Origin: Candidatus Daviesbacteria bacterium
Lineage (GTDB): Bacteria > Patescibacteriota > Microgenomatia > Daviesbacterales > UBA10151
Assembly: GCA_028687915.1 (NCBI GenBank)
Contig: JAQTZF010000001.1
Span: 354,634-418,633 of the forward strand
Direction of reading: 5' to 3'
Length of the DNA: 64,000 nt
The position numbers and the translations under genes were made by a program. This document shows positions 60,333-64,000 of the stretch, in pieces (positions within the stretch are counted from its first letter, which is position 1; each line of letters begins with the position of its first letter). A model generated the notes under the pieces. That model was not told the DNA's origin, made no database searches, and worked only from the letters and a program-made list of their open reading frames with translations.

Positions 60333-60430
60333 TGCGTTCATCTGCGAGTGCAAAAGCCCTCTAATGACGAACACATTCTATGTATATGCGTTCATCTGCG
60401 AGTGCAAAAGCCCTCTAATGACGAACGCGC
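60333..60430. repeat. two identical 40-bp direct repeats upstream of tRNA-Glu
   Basis: TGCGTTCATCTGCGAGTGCAAAAGCCCTCTAATGACGAAC at 60333-60372 and 60387-60426; each ends in the complement of the tRNA 5' end. Confidence 0.9.
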
Positions 60431-60543
60431 TGAGCAAGTGAATTTTATCAAAAAAGTATCCTTAAAGCTACATTTTTATATAAAATATCTGTATTGCAAA
60501 AATAATAAATATGATCTAAAATTTACCCAATCTATTTCTTTTT

Positions 60544-61032
60544 ATGGCTAAATTGGACAGGTCAGCCAAGATATCTAAAAAAGTTTACTTAACCCCCCAA
60601 GGTCTTCAAGACGCGAAAATTGAATTGGATTATCTTAAGAATGAAAAGAGGGCTCAGGTTGCAGAAAGAATTCAGGGAGCCAGGGATTTTGGTGATGTGT
60701 CAGAAAATTCAGAGTATGATTCAGCATTGGAAGAACAAACTTTAGTGGAAAATAGGATTGCATATTTAGAGGATGCGATTGGGAACGCTCAGCTAATTGA
60801 AGGGGCTTTAAGCTGTGAGACTGTGGTTATAGGATCAGTAGTTAAGGTAAGAATGGATGATGGTGTGGATGAATATACTATTGTGGGAAAAGTAGAAGCA
60901 AATCCTTCCAAGAAGAAAATATCAAATGAATCTCCTGTAGGATCAGCTTTATTGGGAGCTAAAATAGGGGAAGAAGTAGTTATTTGTACTCCAGACTCAA
61001 GTTATAAAGCTAAGGTACTCCAAATTAAATAA
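60544..61032 (+). CDS. greA: transcription elongation factor GreA
   Basis: GDVSENSEYD, ISNESPVGSALLG. Confidence 0.95.
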   Translation: MAKLDRSAKISKKVYLTPQGLQDAKIELDYLKNEKRAQVAERIQGARDFGDVSENSEYDSALEEQTLVENRIAYLEDAIGNAQLIEGALSCETVVIGSVVKVRMDDGVDEYTIVGKVEANPSKKKISNESPVGSALLGAKIGEEVVICTPDSSYKAKVLQIK

Positions 61033-61087
61033 AGCATAAATCCCCTTAACTCTTCCTAAATTAGCCAAATTTAGGTATACTTTACCC

Positions 61088-62650
61088 ATGTTCTGGGCCG
61101 ATAGAGTAGCTAAAGAAATAATAAATAGTGAAAAATATAAACCATATAAGGTGGATGAAATGTTTACACCTTCTGGTTTTATGCATATTGGGAATTTAAG
61201 GGGTTCACTTGTACATGATTTAATGTACAAGGCTTTAAGAGATGCTGGAGAAAGTCCAGTTTTTACTTATGTACTTAATGATTTTGATCCTATAGATGGC
61301 TTACCAGATGATTTACAGGAATTTAGTAAATATTTAGGTGTTCCTTTAAGAAATGTTCCCTGGAAAGATAAAGAGTATGAAAGCTTTGCTGATTATTTTG
61401 CTTCAGACATGAAAAATACTCTAAAAAAGTTTGGGGTTGATCCTCAATTTTTATCTTCGTGGGATATGTATCATGAAGGTAAATTTAATGAAGAGATAAA
61501 AGCTGCATTAGATAATGCTGTGGAGATTCAAAATATATATCATGAAGTTTCAGGTAGTCAGAAAAAAGCGCAGGGATGGTATCCATTACAAGTAATTTGT
61601 CCAAATTGCGGAAAATTAGGTACCACCAGGGTTTACGAATGGGATGGAGAAACAGTGGCCTTTAAATGTGAGCCACATATGGTGAAATGGGCAGAAGGCT
61701 GTGATTATGAAGGTAGAATTAGCCCCTTTAATGGTAATGGAAAATTGCCTTGGAAAGTAGATTGGCCGGCCCATTGGAAGGTTATTGGGGTGACTATAGA
61801 AGGAGCAGGTAAGGATCATTCTGTGGCAGGTTCATCAAGAGATGTTGCAAGAGAACTATGTAAACGAGTATTTAAGATTGAAGAACCATTTAATATACCT
61901 TATGAATTCTTTACTATTGGTGGCAAAAAAATGTCTTCCTCAAAAGGGGTAGGGTTAAAAGCACATGATTTATTTGATCTTTTACCAGCTGAGGTAGGGA
62001 GATTCCTTTATTGCAGAACTGAGTATAAGCAAGAAGTTAATTTTGATCCATTTGAAACAATGGCTATCCCGGATTTATTTGATGAATATGATAGATGTTA
62101 TCAACACTATATAGATGGTACTGATGAAAACTTTGGTAGAGCTTTTGAACTTTCCCAAATAAATAAATTACCTGTTAAAGAAAAAACATTCTTACCCAGA
62201 TTTATTGATGTTGCTAATTATATACAACAACCCAGGATTGATATTTACCAAGTATTTGGTGAAATAAAAGGAGAATCTTTAAATGAAGTTGAACGAGATA
62301 TTTTAGAAGAAAGAATTAAGTATGCTAAGGTTTGGTTAGATGGTTATGCACCAGATAAATATAAGTTTCAAATGACTAATACTGTTTCAAAAATAGCAGA
62401 GAGCTTAACTGAAGATCAAAAAGAATATTTAAAAAAAATAATACCTTTAATCAAACAAGAGATATCAGCAGAAGATTTACAGCTTAAACTTTATGAATTA
62501 TCAAAAGAGAGGGGATTAGAAGCTAAAAAGGCTTTTGGAGCAATATATATGGCATTAATTGGAAAAGAATCAGGTCCAAAAGCAGGATGGTTATTACAAC
62601 AATATCCAAGTGATAAAATTGCAGAAAGAATAGAAGAGGTAACAAGATGA
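61088..62650 (+). CDS. lysS: class I lysine--tRNA ligase
   Basis: MFWAD, PSGFMHIGN, KLPWKVDW, GKDH, KMSSSKG. Confidence 0.95.
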   Translation: MFWADRVAKEIINSEKYKPYKVDEMFTPSGFMHIGNLRGSLVHDLMYKALRDAGESPVFTYVLNDFDPIDGLPDDLQEFSKYLGVPLRNVPWKDKEYESFADYFASDMKNTLKKFGVDPQFLSSWDMYHEGKFNEEIKAALDNAVEIQNIYHEVSGSQKKAQGWYPLQVICPNCGKLGTTRVYEWDGETVAFKCEPHMVKWAEGCDYEGRISPFNGNGKLPWKVDWPAHWKVIGVTIEGAGKDHSVAGSSRDVARELCKRVFKIEEPFNIPYEFFTIGGKKMSSSKGVGLKAHDLFDLLPAEVGRFLYCRTEYKQEVNFDPFETMAIPDLFDEYDRCYQHYIDGTDENFGRAFELSQINKLPVKEKTFLPRFIDVANYIQQPRIDIYQVFGEIKGESLNEVERDILEERIKYAKVWLDGYAPDKYKFQMTNTVSKIAESLTEDQKEYLKKIIPLIKQEISAEDLQLKLYELSKERGLEAKKAFGAIYMALIGKESGPKAGWLLQQYPSDKIAERIEEVTR

Positions 62651-63213
62651 TAAATAGAGAAGAGGGTTTGAAAATTTTGGAAGAAAAAGTTTCTAACAAA
62701 AATATTATCAAACATATGCTAGCAACAGAAGCCATGATGAAAGCATTAGCAAAAAAGTTTGAGTCAGACAAGCAGGAAGAGTGGGGGATGGCAGGACTTT
62801 TACATGATGGAGATTATAGTGAAGAAGTGCCTGTTGAAAAGCAAGGAATTCAAATTAGTGAATGGTTGGATGAAAAAGGATTTGAAATCCCTGAAACTGT
62901 TAAACATGCAATGGCTGCTCATAATATGGCAAATACAGGGGTCAAGCCTGAATCAAAAATGGATTGGGCTCTTTTTTGTGGAGACTCATTAACTGGTTTA
63001 ATTGTAGCTTCTGCTTTAGTTCTACCAGAAAGAAAATTGGTAAATTTAACTGTTGAATCTATTATGAAGCGTTATAAAGAACCAAAATTTGCTGCAGGTA
63101 CCAGAAGAGAAGAAATAAAGATGTGTGAGGATCACTTAGGGATTTCCTTGGAAGAATTTGTTAGAATTACTTTGCAAGCCATGCAAGAAGTGCATGAAAG
63201 GATTGGACTTTAA
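62647..63213 (+). CDS. HDIG/HD-domain phosphohydrolase
   Basis: KHMLATEA, GLLHDGDY, DSLTGLI, KFAAG. Confidence 0.87.
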   Translation: MINREEGLKILEEKVSNKNIIKHMLATEAMMKALAKKFESDKQEEWGMAGLLHDGDYSEEVPVEKQGIQISEWLDEKGFEIPETVKHAMAAHNMANTGVKPESKMDWALFCGDSLTGLIVASALVLPERKLVNLTVESIMKRYKEPKFAAGTRREEIKMCEDHLGISLEEFVRITLQAMQEVHERIGL

Positions 63214-64000
63214 ATGTTAGACATTAATTTAATTAGGGAAAATAGTGAAAAAGTTAAAAAGGGCATAGCTAATAAAGGTTGTCCTGAGGTTTTAGTGGAT
63301 AAAGTTTTGGATTTAGACAAACAAAGAAGAGAACTAATCCAAAAAGTTGATGAACTACGAGCAGACAGTAATAAAGCAGCTAGTGAACGTGATATAGAAA
63401 AAGGAAGACAGCTTAAAGAAGAATTACAAAAAATAGATCCAGAACTGGAAAAAATTAAAGCAGAATTTGAAGAAGTCTTAATGCAACTTCCAAATCTACC
63501 AGCAGATAATACTCCAATAGGTAAAAATGAATCCGAAAATAAAGTAATGAGACAGGTTGGAACTCCTGCAAAATTTAACTTTGAACCAAAAGATCATTTT
63601 ACTTTAGGACAAAACTTAAAGATTATAGATTTTGAAAGTGGAGCAAAAGTAACCGGATCTCAATTCTATTTTTTATATAACGAAGGAGTTATGTTGGAAT
63701 TGGCACTTATCCAATATGCTATGAGTTTATTATCCAAAGAAGGGTTTATTCCTGTTATAACTCCAGATTTAGCTAAATCAAGATTTTATTTAGGTACAGG
63801 CTATGCTCCAAAAGGTGATGAAGCTCAAACTTATACAATTAATGATGAGGATTTAGGGTTAATTGCTACAGCAGAGGTAACTTTAGCAGGAAAACATGCT
63901 GATGAAATATTTGCAGAAGATCAACTTCCTATAAAATATATTGGATATTCACATTGTTTCCGAAAAGAAGCTGGAGCTTATGGAAAATATTCTAAAGGAT
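63214..64000 (+). CDS. serS: serine--tRNA ligase (truncated by window end)
   Basis: Hand translation MLDINLIREN...LPNLP...KDH...GAKVTGSQFY...LIATAEV...CFRKEAG; open to the end of the window. Confidence 0.95.
   Translation, partial: MLDINLIRENSEKVKKGIANKGCPEVLVDKVLDLDKQRRELIQKVDELRADSNKAASERDIEKGRQLKEELQKIDPELEKIKAEFEEVLMQLPNLPADNTPIGKNESENKVMRQVGTPAKFNFEPKDHFTLGQNLKIIDFESGAKVTGSQFYFLYNEGVMLELALIQYAMSLLSKEGFIPVITPDLAKSRFYLGTGYAPKGDEAQTYTINDEDLGLIATAEVTLAGKHADEIFAEDQLPIKYIGYSHCFRKEAGAYGKYSKG

Noticed and set aside
60333-60426. Possible mini-CRISPR (two 40-bp repeats)
   Set aside because: Only two units, a 14-nt spacer, repeats derive from the tRNA 5' end, and there are no cas genes.
60107-60551. 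ORFs 60107-60322 (-) and 60156-60551 (+)
   Set aside because: They are translations of tRNA-Glu, its terminator and repeats.
620-62992. Many 60-120 aa antisense or alternate-frame ORFs inside secD, murA, copA, gnd, lon, hppA, the P-type ATPase, lysS and others
   Set aside because: Fully nested in well-supported genes with no motifs; expected shadow ORFs.
1-64000. Alternative genetic code (TGA=Gly, as in Gracilibacteria/SR1)
   Set aside because: secD, nrdJ and other genes end at TGA at their expected lengths, and conserved genes are uninterrupted under code 11.

Overview
AT-rich bacterial chromosome segment using the standard code (TGA is a stop). Gene content suggests a Candidate Phyla Radiation/Patescibacteria genome, probably Microgenomates-like (inference): class I LysRS, archaeal-type short AspRS, class II RNR, membrane PPase, split transketolase, many orphan ORFs and mostly leaderless gene starts. 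It is largely housekeeping: secD/secF, CCA enzyme, recJ, aspS, gltX, murA, pentose-phosphate genes, a CsoR copper operon, nrdR-nrdJ-btuR, lon, hppA, a receiver-only two-component cluster, greA, lysS, serS and two tRNAs. No CRISPR array, prophage or transposase was found. The main unexplained structure is at 7426-9075. Two back-to-back promoters share one palindromic -35 and drive two short leader peptides missed by the ORF track, one Ile/Leu/Val-rich and one Phe/Tyr/Trp-rich. Each is followed by a complete 1:2/2:3/3:4 attenuator fold, and they control orphan genes and a nucleotidyltransferase-fold protein rather than amino-acid biosynthesis genes. Other notable items are tRNA-end-seeded duplications at both tRNA loci, a perfect CRP box between a Crp regulator and a KGG stress protein, an exonuclease-LOG-pentose-phosphate operon, and a GroES-mobile-loop-like tail on an HD protein. 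All folds and motif matches were made by eye; no database searches were run.
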